A DNA stretch of 61,576 nucleotides, filler included. It is 3 parts of 3 records of this genome, joined end to end, with 100 filler letters (N's around TTAATTAATTAA, not from the genome) between each part and the next. Parts side by side here need not be neighbours in the genome. Positions count along the whole stretch, not along the records: positions 23,771 to 31,807 come from SRR20825006_2520; positions 31,908 to 61,576 come from SRR20825006_2522; 1 more part is not named here. One strand, 5' to 3'. The translations under genes and the position numbers were made by a program. Shown one piece after another: positions 28,452 through 38,601 of this stretch. How positions within the stretch are numbered: the first letter of the stretch is position 1; each line of letters opens with the position of its first letter. The notes beneath the pieces are model-generated. The model made no database searches, was not told the DNA's origin, and saw nothing but the letters and a program-made list of their open reading frames with translations.

Positions 28452-30293
28452 ATGGCCGGTGTGGTGAGAGAAGCGGCCCGCGTCGCGTGGGACCAGGCGG
28501 ATGGTTTTGTAAAAAGGCGATTGCTGCTCACCCTGTTGTTGGTGTTCACGTCTGCCGCTTTCTCGGCAGTCGCACCCCTCGCGCTCAAATATGCTGTCGA
28601 TGCGCTCGGTACCGGTCAGACGAAGAGTACCACCCTTGAGTTTTTATCTCTTTGGAGCGTCGACACTGCCGGCGGCACCGGCTTCGGACCGATCACACTC
28701 ATTTCGGCCTATCTGGTCAGTCTTTGGGTGTCGCGCTCATTGGGGGAACTTCGCTGGTTTTTGTATGGCACCGCCGACCAGAGATTGGCCCGAAATCTAA
28801 GCCGACGTTTGTTCGGTCACGTCCTGGAACTGCCGCTGAGTTTCCATCTAGGCAGGAAAACCGGTGCCCTGAACCAGACCCTTATACAGGGCCTGTCCGG
28901 CTACAGCATCCTTCTCAACCACACGATCTTCATCCTGTTGCCTGTGGCTGTGGAAATAGCCGTGATCGGCGCTGTGTTAACCATGTTCCTGAATGCACAA
29001 TTTCTCGCCATCCTTGGGGCGTCCGTCATTGCCTACAGCATCTCGTTCGCGTTGGGCGTCAAACAGATAATCGGCCCGAGCAAGACGGTCTCTACCGCTC
29101 AGGTGGATGCCTATGCCAGCCTGACCGACAGTATCCTCAATGCGGAAATGGTCAAATATTTCACGGCCGAACAGCGGATGGGCAATCGCTATGACGAAGC
29201 GCTGTCGAAGACCGAAACACAGTGGGCCAGATTCTACCGGTACAAAACCATGAACGGGCTTCTGATCGCCCTGGTGTTTGCCCTCTCGCTGGGCGCGGCA
29301 ATTCTTCTCGCTGCGAAGCAGGTTATGGCGGGCGAGATGACCTTGGGAGATTTTGTGCTGGTGAATACCTATATGCTGCAGATCGTCAAACCCATGGAGA
29401 CACTGGGTGCAGCCTTTCGGGATCTAGCCTACGGAGTAGCCTTCATCGAGAAAATGACGGCGTTGATGACGCTGAAAACCGAAAACACCGGAATGTCGAC
29501 ACAGGCAGCCGGGAAAGCGATAGGCGCCGGGACCGGTGGCCTGATTTTTAACGATGTAACTTTTTCTTATCTTGAGGGCGATCCGGTTCTCAGGGGTGTC
29601 AGCTTCACCGTGCCGCCTGGTAAAACGCTTGGCATTGTGGGAGGTAGCGGCGCCGGAAAATCCTCGCTCGTTCGGCTGCTTCTGCGCCTTTACGATCCCG
29701 ACAATGGCGCTATCTTGTTTGGGGGCAGTTCGATACAGACCATGCCGCTGGATACACTGCGCGGGGCCATCGCGGTTGTGCCGCAAGATACCGTGCTGTT
29801 CAACGATACCATCGCCTACAATATCGGTCTGGGGCGCCTAGACTGCACACAGGGCGACATAGAGCGTGCAGCGCGTCTCGCTCATATCCATGACAAAATC
29901 CTCGCGATGCCGGATGGCTACCGGACTATTGTCGGGGAGCGCGGGCTCAAGCTTTCAGGGGGCGAGAAGCAGCGTGTCTCGATCGCACGGGCCGTGCTCA
30001 AGAATCCGCACATGTTTGTCTTTGACGAAGCGACCTCGTCCCTCGACACCAATACCGAACGACGCATTCTCGACAATCTGGTTGAGGTTTCAAAGGGTGT
30101 GACAACGCTGATCATTGCCCACCGGCTCTCGACGGTGGTGCATGCGGACGAAATTCTGGTGCTTGACGAGGGCAGGGTGGTAGAGCGCGGGCCTCATGGT
30201 GCGCTCCTCGAAAAAAATGGCCTCTATGCATCGATGTGGCAGACACAGCAGCATGGTGGGAGGCGGGATGGCAGGAACAGGGACATCAGCTAG
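28452..30293 (+). CDS. ABCB half-transporter (TMD+NBD), ATM1/HMT1-like
   Basis: LSFHLGRKTG, NAEMVKYF, GEMTLGDFVLVN, GGSGAGKS, VVPQDTVLFNDTI, LSGGEKQR, FDEATSSLD. Confidence 0.92.
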   Translation: MAGVVREAARVAWDQADGFVKRRLLLTLLLVFTSAAFSAVAPLALKYAVDALGTGQTKSTTLEFLSLWSVDTAGGTGFGPITLISAYLVSLWVSRSLGELRWFLYGTADQRLARNLSRRLFGHVLELPLSFHLGRKTGALNQTLIQGLSGYSILLNHTIFILLPVAVEIAVIGAVLTMFLNAQFLAILGASVIAYSISFALGVKQIIGPSKTVSTAQVDAYASLTDSILNAEMVKYFTAEQRMGNRYDEALSKTETQWARFYRYKTMNGLLIALVFALSLGAAILLAAKQVMAGEMTLGDFVLVNTYMLQIVKPMETLGAAFRDLAYGVAFIEKMTALMTLKTENTGMSTQAAGKAIGAGTGGLIFNDVTFSYLEGDPVLRGVSFTVPPGKTLGIVGGSGAGKSSLVRLLLRLYDPDNGAILFGGSSIQTMPLDTLRGAIAVVPQDTVLFNDTIAYNIGLGRLDCTQGDIERAARLAHIHDKILAMPDGYRTIVGERGLKLSGGEKQRVSIARAVLKNPHMFVFDEATSSLDTNTERRILDNLVEVSKGVTTLIIAHRLSTVVHADEILVLDEGRVVERGPHGALLEKNGLYASMWQTQQHGGRRDGRNRDIS

Positions 30294-30505
30294 ACCCGCT
30301 GGGCTGCCGGGTCCTGAAGGCATGTTGCTGGGCGTTATGTCGGCATGCACCGGCGTCCTTCCGAGCAGTCAGGCATAGCCGGGCACGGAAATAATATATT
30401 TTGAATATAAACTCCGGCACCTCAGCCAGCCCTCGGTATTCTCGGTGTTGTGCGGCCCGACGATCGCCGTGGCCAACCACTGGCAGAGGCAGAATTTCCG
30501 TGATC

Positions 30506-31249
30506 ATGACCGCCGAGAGAACCCATTTTCTGAGCCCGCGCATTTTTCCCTGTGATGTGGACGGCCATATGATCGTGCTCGATCTCGGCGCCGACCGGTA
30601 CGCACGCCTTGGTGACGTGGAAGCGGCGGTGCTCAGGCACCTGTTCGGCGGGCAGGGCAAACACAGTACGCCTGCGCCGCCTAGCCTTGAGGCCTCGCTC
30701 GACAGGCTGGTGGAGGAGGGCATTCTGACCACCGACGCCGTGACGGGCAGGGAGGCTTTTCCTGAGCTGCCCGGGCAAGTCATGCTCGATCTGAAGGGCT
30801 ATCCTCATGACGGTATCCCGAAAATCCGCATGGGCCATATTGTCAACTGTGCCTGCGCGTTTGTGTGCGCCAAATTCATGCGCCACTTTCATTCGATCGA
30901 ACGTACCGTTCTGCGGGTCAAAAGCCGGCGGGAGCGCGCGCTTGCCAATGCCGGTCGCCCGAAAAGCAAAAAAGAGGGGCGCTTGCCCGAGGTGGACCTG
31001 GCACGTATCCGCGAATTGGTCGAGATATTCCGCATCCTCAAGGGGCTGTTCTACACCGGAAAAGGCCGATGTCTGTTCGATTCACTCACGCTCATCGAAT
31101 TTCTGGCGATCTACCGGATCTATCCGCTGTGGGTGTTCGGGGTGCAGATGGGGCCGTTTGTGGCGCATTGCTGGGTGCAGGATGACCGCTTTATCTATAA
31201 CGACAGCGCCGACAGCACGGGCTCTTTCAAGCCGATCATGAGTGTCTGA
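30506..31249 (+). CDS. Lasso peptide biosynthesis B protein (fused RRE + transglutaminase-like leader peptidase)
   Basis: N-terminal RRE-like IVLDLGADRY; C-terminal RCLFDSL...VFGVQMGPFVAHCWVQ...ND (Cys-His-Asp, Transglut_core3). Confidence 0.9.
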   Translation: MTAERTHFLSPRIFPCDVDGHMIVLDLGADRYARLGDVEAAVLRHLFGGQGKHSTPAPPSLEASLDRLVEEGILTTDAVTGREAFPELPGQVMLDLKGYPHDGIPKIRMGHIVNCACAFVCAKFMRHFHSIERTVLRVKSRRERALANAGRPKSKKEGRLPEVDLARIRELVEIFRILKGLFYTGKGRCLFDSLTLIEFLAIYRIYPLWVFGVQMGPFVAHCWVQDDRFIYNDSADSTGSFKPIMSV

Positions 31250-31266
31250 ACCTGGGGGGCGTTGTC

Positions 31267-31807
31267 ATGTACCGTTATATTGCGTTTCTATGGAACGAGG
31301 CCGACGACAGTGCCACCCGTACCGCCGGATTTCTCAGGGACCATTTCATGGGCACGGCCACCAAATGGGAGACAGCTTATAGCGGCTCGGGCTTGCAGGT
31401 TTTGCATGCCGGGGAGGAGAAGGGGCGTATGCAGGCCTATCCGGTCAGCCCAAAGCAAGGAGCAGAGGCTGGTGGCGTCATCCTCGGCAAACTTTTCGAC
31501 CGCCCGGACGCCTCCGATGCGCTCCCCGGTAATGTCGATCTGAGCGTAGGCGAGGCACGCAGGGTGATTGAAACTGCAGGGCGCTACCTTGTCGACAATT
31601 ATTGGGGCGCGTGGGTGGCGTTTCTCCAGCACGGGTACAAAAAACATGTGCTGGCGGACCCGATTGGCACCTTCAGTTGCTTCCATACCCACTATCGCGG
31701 CGTGGAGATATATTTCAACCATGTGCCTGACGTCGCTGCATGCAAGTTTCTCGCTTTCACCATCGATTGGTGCGGGGTTGCCAGATATTTGAGGTATGCC
31801 ACGGGCG
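31267..31807 (+). CDS. Asparagine synthetase-like lasso cyclase (C protein), 3'-truncated
   Basis: Directly follows lasso B; AsnB-like N-domain (VILGKLF, YWGAWVAF, DPIG, IDW) lacking the Cys1 of a true glutamine amidotransferase; ATP-binding domain lies beyond the contig end. Confidence 0.75.
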
Positions 31808-31907
31808 NNNNNNNNNNNNNNNNNNNNNNNNNNNNNNNNNNNNNNNNNNNNTTAATTAATTAANNNNNNNNNNNNNNNNNNNNNNNNNNNNNNNNNNNNN
31901 NNNNNNN
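31808..31907. other. Artificial contig-joining linker
   Basis: N44-TTAATTAATTAA-N44. Confidence 0.97.
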
Positions 31908-32966
<1,059 letters not shown>

Positions 32967-33020
32967 CTGACACGAGGTTTTATACGGCGATAGGTTAGCG
33001 TCGCTTAAAAGGCATAAACT

Positions 33021-33051
33021 AAGGCAGAGGATTATTCCTCTGCCTTTTTTT
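33021..33051 (+). terminator. Intrinsic terminator after katG
   Basis: aaggcagagga-ttat-tcctctgcctttttttt. Confidence 0.85.
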
Positions 33052-33067
33052 ATTTGCGGGGTGCGCC

Positions 33068-33253
33068 ATGTTGAAGAACGGGGTGATCATACTCACGGCA
33101 ATGTTTCTGACAGCCTGTGATCAGGAGCCACCGGAAAAAACCGTGTGGGATGAGCAACTCAAAACAATGGACAAAGCCTATGAAGCCGAGCAGCAGTTAC
33201 TGGAAGGAACAGAACGTCAGCGCCAGGCTATCGAGCAGCAGACTCAACAATAG
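33068..33253 (+). CDS. Small lipoprotein
   Basis: Lipobox LTAC followed by a helical, Q/E-rich tail. Confidence 0.7.
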   Translation: MLKNGVIILTAMFLTACDQEPPEKTVWDEQLKTMDKAYEAEQQLLEGTERQRQAIEQQTQQ

Positions 33254-33756
33254 TCTTTGATTATTCTCCAGGCTTCCAGCTTCTGATTGAAACTCAGTGA
33301 GGCATGCGCCGGGCTGGTGGATGGGAGCTTCGCCAGCGTTGGTGGTTCTGCCACGGTTGGCAGAACATGGCGTTTGAATAGTTTCTCGGCTTTACCCCCA
33401 TTAAAGAAAACCGCTTCGATCCCCGGGTGTTGTATGAAAAAATGTTGGAAATCATTGGCTTCAATACTGGCCGGATCGATGTGCTGATCGAGGCTGCCTG
33501 GCCGATGACAGGCTTTTAATACATCCCAGACCGTAATACCTGCCCGCGCCAGATGTTCACAGCGCCGCGGATAGGGCCAGTTCTTGTCGAGATCAAACAA
33601 GTCAGCCATTATCGGCCAGAAGGCATTACGCGGATGCGCGTAATACTGCTGGGCTTCCAGTGAAGCGACACCGGGCATTGAACCCAGAATCAGAATCCTG
33701 GGCTCGCTGCCGACAATCGGCGGAAAACTGTAGCAAAGCGGTTTAGCAGAACTCAT
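33244..33756 (-). CDS. DNA-deoxyinosine glycosylase (UDG/Mug superfamily)
   Basis: LILGSMPGVASL, YYAHPRNAFW, FNGGKA, LPSTSPA. Confidence 0.9.
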   Translation of the reverse strand: MSSAKPLCYSFPPIVGSEPRILILGSMPGVASLEAQQYYAHPRNAFWPIMADLFDLDKNWPYPRRCEHLARAGITVWDVLKACHRPGSLDQHIDPASIEANDFQHFFIQHPGIEAVFFNGGKAEKLFKRHVLPTVAEPPTLAKLPSTSPAHASLSFNQKLEAWRIIKDYC

Positions 33757-33757
33757 A

Positions 33758-34201
33758 TCACTGGTAAAGCTGCCTCTGGTGTCGAATCCAGCCATGTGGA
33801 TGCTCATTATCCGGATCATGATGGGTCCAGTGCATCACGCCACCTTTGTTATTCCATTCATATTCGCCATAGATTGTGACCTCATCACCGACTTCCAGTC
33901 TATTGATTCTGGGAGCCAGATCGATGTTGTGGGCAACCAGTAAGGTGTGGCCATCGGCCATTTCCATGATAAACCGCTGATGCCGGCTACCATCGTTATC
34001 ATCTTGCAAAATGCGTATGACCCGACCAGTGGCTTCAATCTGAACATCGCTCTGCTGTTGCTGGTAGAGATCAGCAATCTCGGTTTGGGGTGCCGATAGA
34101 GAAGCATCCTCTTGCTGCGGGTACTGGCTAGCGCCATAAATGACGATGATAAAGGCGACCAGCAACCATAAGCGCTGGGTCTGACGTTTGTTCTTAAACA
34201 T
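33758..34201 (-). CDS. DUF3465 family protein
   Basis: DDNDGSRHQRF, VAHNIDLAPRI, GEYEWNNKGGVMHWTHHDP. Confidence 0.9.
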   Translation of the reverse strand: MFKNKRQTQRLWLLVAFIIVIYGASQYPQQEDASLSAPQTEIADLYQQQQSDVQIEATGRVIRILQDDNDGSRHQRFIMEMADGHTLLVAHNIDLAPRINRLEVGDEVTIYGEYEWNNKGGVMHWTHHDPDNEHPHGWIRHQRQLYQ

Positions 34202-34490
34202 GCCTGAGTTTCTCTTTAGTCTGCATAGCAAGGGATAGCTAATCCCTTGCAGGATAGCTTAGTGTAGCGGCCTGGCAAAGACGGGAAAATTTTGTGATCA
34301 CAATCGCATAGCGTCCAGTTTCAATGACTGACGGACTCTCTATAAGAAACAGGCAAAATCGTTTCAAAGCTTGCAGCCATGCGGTATTTAGATAAATCAG
34401 TAATATCAATATAGTTATTTATAATTTCCCGTTATATACCTGCCCGTTTATAATAGCGGGTCCGGTTATTTAGCGTTTTAGAGAGCTTAG

Positions 34491-36143
34491 ATGTATCAAT
34501 ACGATAAGTATGATCAGATGATGGTGGATCAGCGGGTGGCACAATTCCGCGATCAAACCCGCCGCTACCTGGCAGGTGAACTGACAGAAGATCAATTCCG
34601 TCCACTGCGACTGGCGAACGGCCTGTATATTCAGATCCATGCGCCAATGCTGCGTATCGCGGTGCCATACGGCTTGATGTCGTCCAAACAGGTTCGCAAA
34701 GTGGCAGACATCGCCCGTCGTTATGACAAGGGTTTTGTCCACTTTACTACCCGAACCAATTTCCAGTTGAACTGGCCGAAACTGGAAGATGTGCCTGATA
34801 TCCTGGCCGAACTGGCAACCGTGCAGATGCATGCGATTCAGACCAGTGGTAACGATATCCGTAACACGACCACCGATCAGTTTGCAGGTATTAACGCTGA
34901 GGAAATTGAAGATCCGCGCCCATGGGCCGAGATCATCCGTCAATGGTCCACTTTCCACCCCGAGTTTGCTTATCTGCCGCGTAAGTTCAAGATCGCCATC
35001 ATAGGCTCTGAAACCGACCGCGCGGCGACCAAACTGCATGACATCGGCTTACACATGGTGAAAAACCATGATGGCGAAGTCGGTTTTGAAGTGTTGGTTG
35101 GTGGTGGACTGGGCCGTACCCCGATCATCGGTGAACAGATTCGACCTTTCCTGGAAAAAGAAGATCTGTTGTCTTATCTGGAAGCGATCCTGCGTGTGTA
35201 TAACCGTCTGGGTCGTCGGGACAACAAGTTCAAAGCGCGTATCAAGATTACTGTTCGTGAGCACGGCATCAACCATATCCGCGAGCTGGTGGAAGCGGAA
35301 TGGGTACAAATCCGGGATCAACTGCGCCTCGATCAGAAAGAAATTGATCGGGTTAAAGCTTTCTTTACCGAATCGGATTACGACAGCGATGCCGCAGCTG
35401 ATACCAGCTTTGAAGCGAAGCTGGCAGAAGATGAAGCGTTTGCCCGCTGGCTTAAACAGAATACCTTTGAACACAAAATTCCCGGTTACAAAGCGGTTTA
35501 TGTGTCATTGAAAAAACATGGTCAGGCGCCCGGCGATATTACTTCCGAGCAACTGGACGTGGTGGCCGATCTGGCTGACCAATTCAGCTTCGGTGAAATC
35601 CGTTCCACCCATACCCAGAATCTGGTGCTGGCTGACGTCAAGCAGTCTGATTTGTATGAGTTATGGCAACGTCTGCAGGCCGAGGGTCTGGCCACAGCGA
35701 ATATCAACACACTGACTGATATCATCTGTTGCCCGGGGCTGGATTACTGTGGTCTCGCTAATGCGACCTCGATTCCTTTATCCAAGCAAATCGCTGATCG
35801 TTTCGATGATATGGATTATCTCTATGATCTTGGCGATATCAAGATTAAATTCTCCGGCTGCATGAACGGCTGCGCGCATCAGAGTGTCGGCCATATCGGT
35901 ATACTCGGTGTCGATAAGAAAGGTGAAGAGTGGTACCAGTTCACGCTGGGCGGTAGCTCAGAAGCGGATGCTGCTATCGGTGAGCGACTCGGTAAGGCCA
36001 TCCCTAAAGAGGAAGTGGTCGATACGGTTTCTCAGCTGATTGATGCCTATGTTGACTTGCGTCATGAAGATGAATCATTCCTGACAACCGTTCGCCGCGT
36101 TGGTGTGGATCCTTTCAAGGAGCGTGTTTATGCAGATAATTAA
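34491..36143 (+). CDS. cysI: Siroheme sulfite/nitrite reductase hemoprotein (Pseudomonas CysI type)
   Basis: MYQYD start, LPRKFKIA, GGGLGRTP, CCPGLDYC, SGCMNGC; followed by DUF934. Confidence 0.88.
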   Translation: MYQYDKYDQMMVDQRVAQFRDQTRRYLAGELTEDQFRPLRLANGLYIQIHAPMLRIAVPYGLMSSKQVRKVADIARRYDKGFVHFTTRTNFQLNWPKLEDVPDILAELATVQMHAIQTSGNDIRNTTTDQFAGINAEEIEDPRPWAEIIRQWSTFHPEFAYLPRKFKIAIIGSETDRAATKLHDIGLHMVKNHDGEVGFEVLVGGGLGRTPIIGEQIRPFLEKEDLLSYLEAILRVYNRLGRRDNKFKARIKITVREHGINHIRELVEAEWVQIRDQLRLDQKEIDRVKAFFTESDYDSDAAADTSFEAKLAEDEAFARWLKQNTFEHKIPGYKAVYVSLKKHGQAPGDITSEQLDVVADLADQFSFGEIRSTHTQNLVLADVKQSDLYELWQRLQAEGLATANINTLTDIICCPGLDYCGLANATSIPLSKQIADRFDDMDYLYDLGDIKIKFSGCMNGCAHQSVGHIGILGVDKKGEEWYQFTLGGSSEADAAIGERLGKAIPKEEVVDTVSQLIDAYVDLRHEDESFLTTVRRVGVDPFKERVYADN

Positions 36144-36609
36144 AGATCGTGAAATTGTCGAAGATAACTGGCTGCATCTCGATGATGAAGCAGAGCTGGT
36201 TGCAGGCAATATCACCGTCTCGCTGTCACGCTGGCAGGAACAGCACGAGTCTCTGGAACATCATGAAGGTGGGCTGGGTCTGCGCTTGAGTGGTGATGAT
36301 CCACTGGAAGAAATCGTTCCGGACCTGGCGCGATTCTCTCTGATTGTCCTGCTGTTTCCTGTGTTTACCGATGGCCGTTGCTACTCCTACGCTAAGTTGC
36401 TGCGTGAACGTTATGGCTTCAAGGGCGAAGTCCGGGCTCAGGGGGATGTGTTGCAGGATCAGCTGTTCTATATGTCGCAGTGTGGCATTAACAGCTTTGA
36501 ACTCGCCAACCCGAATCGTCTGGCCAATGCTTTGTCGGCATTTGATGACTTCACAGAAAGTTATCAGTCAACGGTGCTTCGCCCCGAGCCGCTTTACCGC
36601 CGCCGCTAA
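36130..36609 (+). CDS. DUF934 family protein (sulfite reduction partner)
   Basis: FPVFTDGRCYSYAKLLRERYGFKGEVRAQGDVLQDQLFYM. Confidence 0.92.
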   Translation: MQIIKDREIVEDNWLHLDDEAELVAGNITVSLSRWQEQHESLEHHEGGLGLRLSGDDPLEEIVPDLARFSLIVLLFPVFTDGRCYSYAKLLRERYGFKGEVRAQGDVLQDQLFYMSQCGINSFELANPNRLANALSAFDDFTESYQSTVLRPEPLYRRR

Positions 36610-36621
36610 ATCGATATTCTC

Positions 36622-37494
36622 ATGGCTGTCTACGCGATTGGTGATGTCCAGGGCTGTTATGATGAGTTGAATAAGATGCTGGATCAAATCCAATTTGATC
36701 CAGCATCGGATCAAGTCTGGCTGGCCGGGGATCTGGTCAATCGTGGTCCCAAGTCGCTGGAAGTGCTCCGCTTCGTAAAAAGTCTCGGTCACAGCTGTAT
36801 CAGTGTGCTGGGCAATCATGACCTGCATCTGCTGGCCAACGCCGCCGGCGTGGTCGAATATCAGCATCATATGGACACGATTGAGCCCGTCCTCAATGCC
36901 GCAGACAGTGATGAAATTATGCAATGGCTGCGTCAGCAGCCATTGTTTTATCACGATGCCGAACTTGAGTTCAGTATGGTGCATGCCGGTCTGCCGCCTG
37001 AATGGACGATTACCGAAGCACAGGCGCGAAGCGCTGAGGTGGAGTCAGTACTGAAAGCCGATAACTGGCGCGAGTTTTTCGCGCACATGTACGGAAACAA
37101 TCCTAAGCGGTGGTCCCCCGATTTACAGGGTTGGGAACGGCTCCGCTTTATTACTAATTGCTTTACCCGTTTGCGTTACTGTCATGAGGATGGCCGGCTT
37201 GCCCTCAAGTTTAAAGGGGCACCGGAAAATAAGCCTTTACATCAAAAGCCCTGGTTCGAGATGCCTGGCAGAGCCAGTGAGCAGGACAGAATTGTTTTCG
37301 GTCACTGGTCTACGCTCGGTACCGGCCAGTATGGTAACGTGTTTTCTCTGGATAGCGGGGCTGTCTGGGGCGAGACACTGACAGCAGTCAGGATTGATCA
37401 GCAACCCTATGAATGGATTACGGTCAAAGCCGATCCCGACGGGTTGCCTCATGCCCGTAACAAGGCCAGCACAAAAAGCCGCCGCTGGTTCTGA
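36622..37494 (+). CDS. apaH: Symmetrical bis(5'-nucleosyl)-tetraphosphatase
   Basis: YAIGDVQGC, GDLVNRGP, LGNHDLHL, VHAG, FGHW. Confidence 0.95.
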   Translation: MAVYAIGDVQGCYDELNKMLDQIQFDPASDQVWLAGDLVNRGPKSLEVLRFVKSLGHSCISVLGNHDLHLLANAAGVVEYQHHMDTIEPVLNAADSDEIMQWLRQQPLFYHDAELEFSMVHAGLPPEWTITEAQARSAEVESVLKADNWREFFAHMYGNNPKRWSPDLQGWERLRFITNCFTRLRYCHEDGRLALKFKGAPENKPLHQKPWFEMPGRASEQDRIVFGHWSTLGTGQYGNVFSLDSGAVWGETLTAVRIDQQPYEWITVKADPDGLPHARNKASTKSRRWF

Positions 37495-37566
37495 GACAAT
37501 GTGCCGGGCAGGGCATAAACAAAATGAGTACAATACCTTTTAATTTATAGCGTTGGATCTTTAGAA

Positions 37567-38049
37567 ATGAGCAATGTCACGACTTTTTCGGGTGATTTTT
37601 CAGCCAAGGGACTCCGCGTCGGTATCGTCGCCGGTCGTTTTAATGACTTCGTAGTCGATAACCTGATTGCTGGTGCTATCGACTGCCTGGTTCGACACGG
37701 TGCTAGCGAGAGCGATATTGAAATGGCCCGGGTTCCAGGTGCGGTAGAAATTCCCCTCGCCGTTCAGCGAATGGGCCGGACCGGAAAATACGATGCGATT
37801 ATTGCTTTAGGCGCAGTGATTCGTGGTGGTACGCCGCACTTTGAATATGTCGCCGGTGAATGCTCCAAAGGTCTGGGGCAATTGGCTTTGCAACTCGATA
37901 TGCCGGTTTCCTTCGGTGTGCTGACGGTCGACACGATTGAACAGGCAATTGAACGTGCCGGAACTAAAGCCGGTAACAAAGGTGCTGAAGCGGCGATGGG
38001 CGTCATTGAAATGGTCAACGTGCTGCGTCAAATTGAGGCTGGCAACTAA
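37567..38049 (+). CDS. ribH: 6,7-dimethyl-8-ribityllumazine synthase
   Basis: [31 protein letters not shown]. Confidence 0.97.
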   Translation: MSNVTTFSGDFSAKGLRVGIVAGRFNDFVVDNLIAGAIDCLVRHGASESDIEMARVPGAVEIPLAVQRMGRTGKYDAIIALGAVIRGGTPHFEYVAGECSKGLGQLALQLDMPVSFGVLTVDTIEQAIERAGTKAGNKGAEAAMGVIEMVNVLRQIEAGN

Positions 38050-38502
38050 ATGGCAGCCGGATTACCCCGCAGCAAAGCTCGTCGTGCCGCTGTTCAGGCG
38101 CTGTACCAGGCGCAGGTCAATAATGAAGCGCCACAGAAGGATGCACTAGATTTTGTCACAGCAGAATATGCTGACAAAATCGATAAAAAATATTTCACTA
38201 CGCTTATCGAAGGGGCAATCAGGTATCAGGATCAGATTGATGCTGAATTGTCACAGGCGGTGGACCGGGACCTGAACGCCGTTGACCCGGTGGAAATTTC
38301 AATCCTCAGACTGGCGACATTTGAATTCATGCATTTGCCCGAAATTCCTTATCGTGTCGTACTCAATGAGGCGGTAGAACTGGCTAAGTCCTTCGGTGGC
38401 GAGCAAGGGCATAAATATGTGAATGGTGTGCTCGATAAAATGGGCGCCCGGCTGAGAACTCCTGAATATCAGGCAGCCAAGGAAGCTCGGGCAAAACGCT
38501 GA
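38050..38502 (+). CDS. nusB: Transcription antitermination factor NusB
   Basis: ARRAAVQALYQ, PYRVVLNEAVELAKSFG, YVNGVLD. Confidence 0.96.
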   Translation: MAAGLPRSKARRAAVQALYQAQVNNEAPQKDALDFVTAEYADKIDKKYFTTLIEGAIRYQDQIDAELSQAVDRDLNAVDPVEISILRLATFEFMHLPEIPYRVVLNEAVELAKSFGGEQGHKYVNGVLDKMGARLRTPEYQAAKEARAKR

Positions 38503-38601
38503 GTGCAGTTTTACCTGAACTGGCCTAAATCAATACCATTGAGCGGCACTGGCAATTCCTCGTGATTGTCAGTGTCCGTCTCCATTCAAAGAGAGTCCGG
38601 T

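Noticed and set aside
28384-28467. 27-aa Cys/Trp-rich micro-ORF (MTMLCASWGRVCRNFLCHWRPEVWPVW) between gntR and the ABC gene
   Set aside because: No leader/core pattern, overlaps the ABC start, and is the size expected by chance.
30401-30505. TTG-initiated N-terminal extension of lasso B
   Set aside because: Non-protein-like composition, and the TTG sits inside the AT-rich palindrome; ATG 30506 matches the start of the RRE domain.
34470-35474. Long antisense ORFs opposite the sulfite reductase (similar shadows occur opposite rlmB, rplI, radA and the ABC gene)
   Set aside because: Shadow frames of strongly conserved genes caused by codon bias; no independent motifs.
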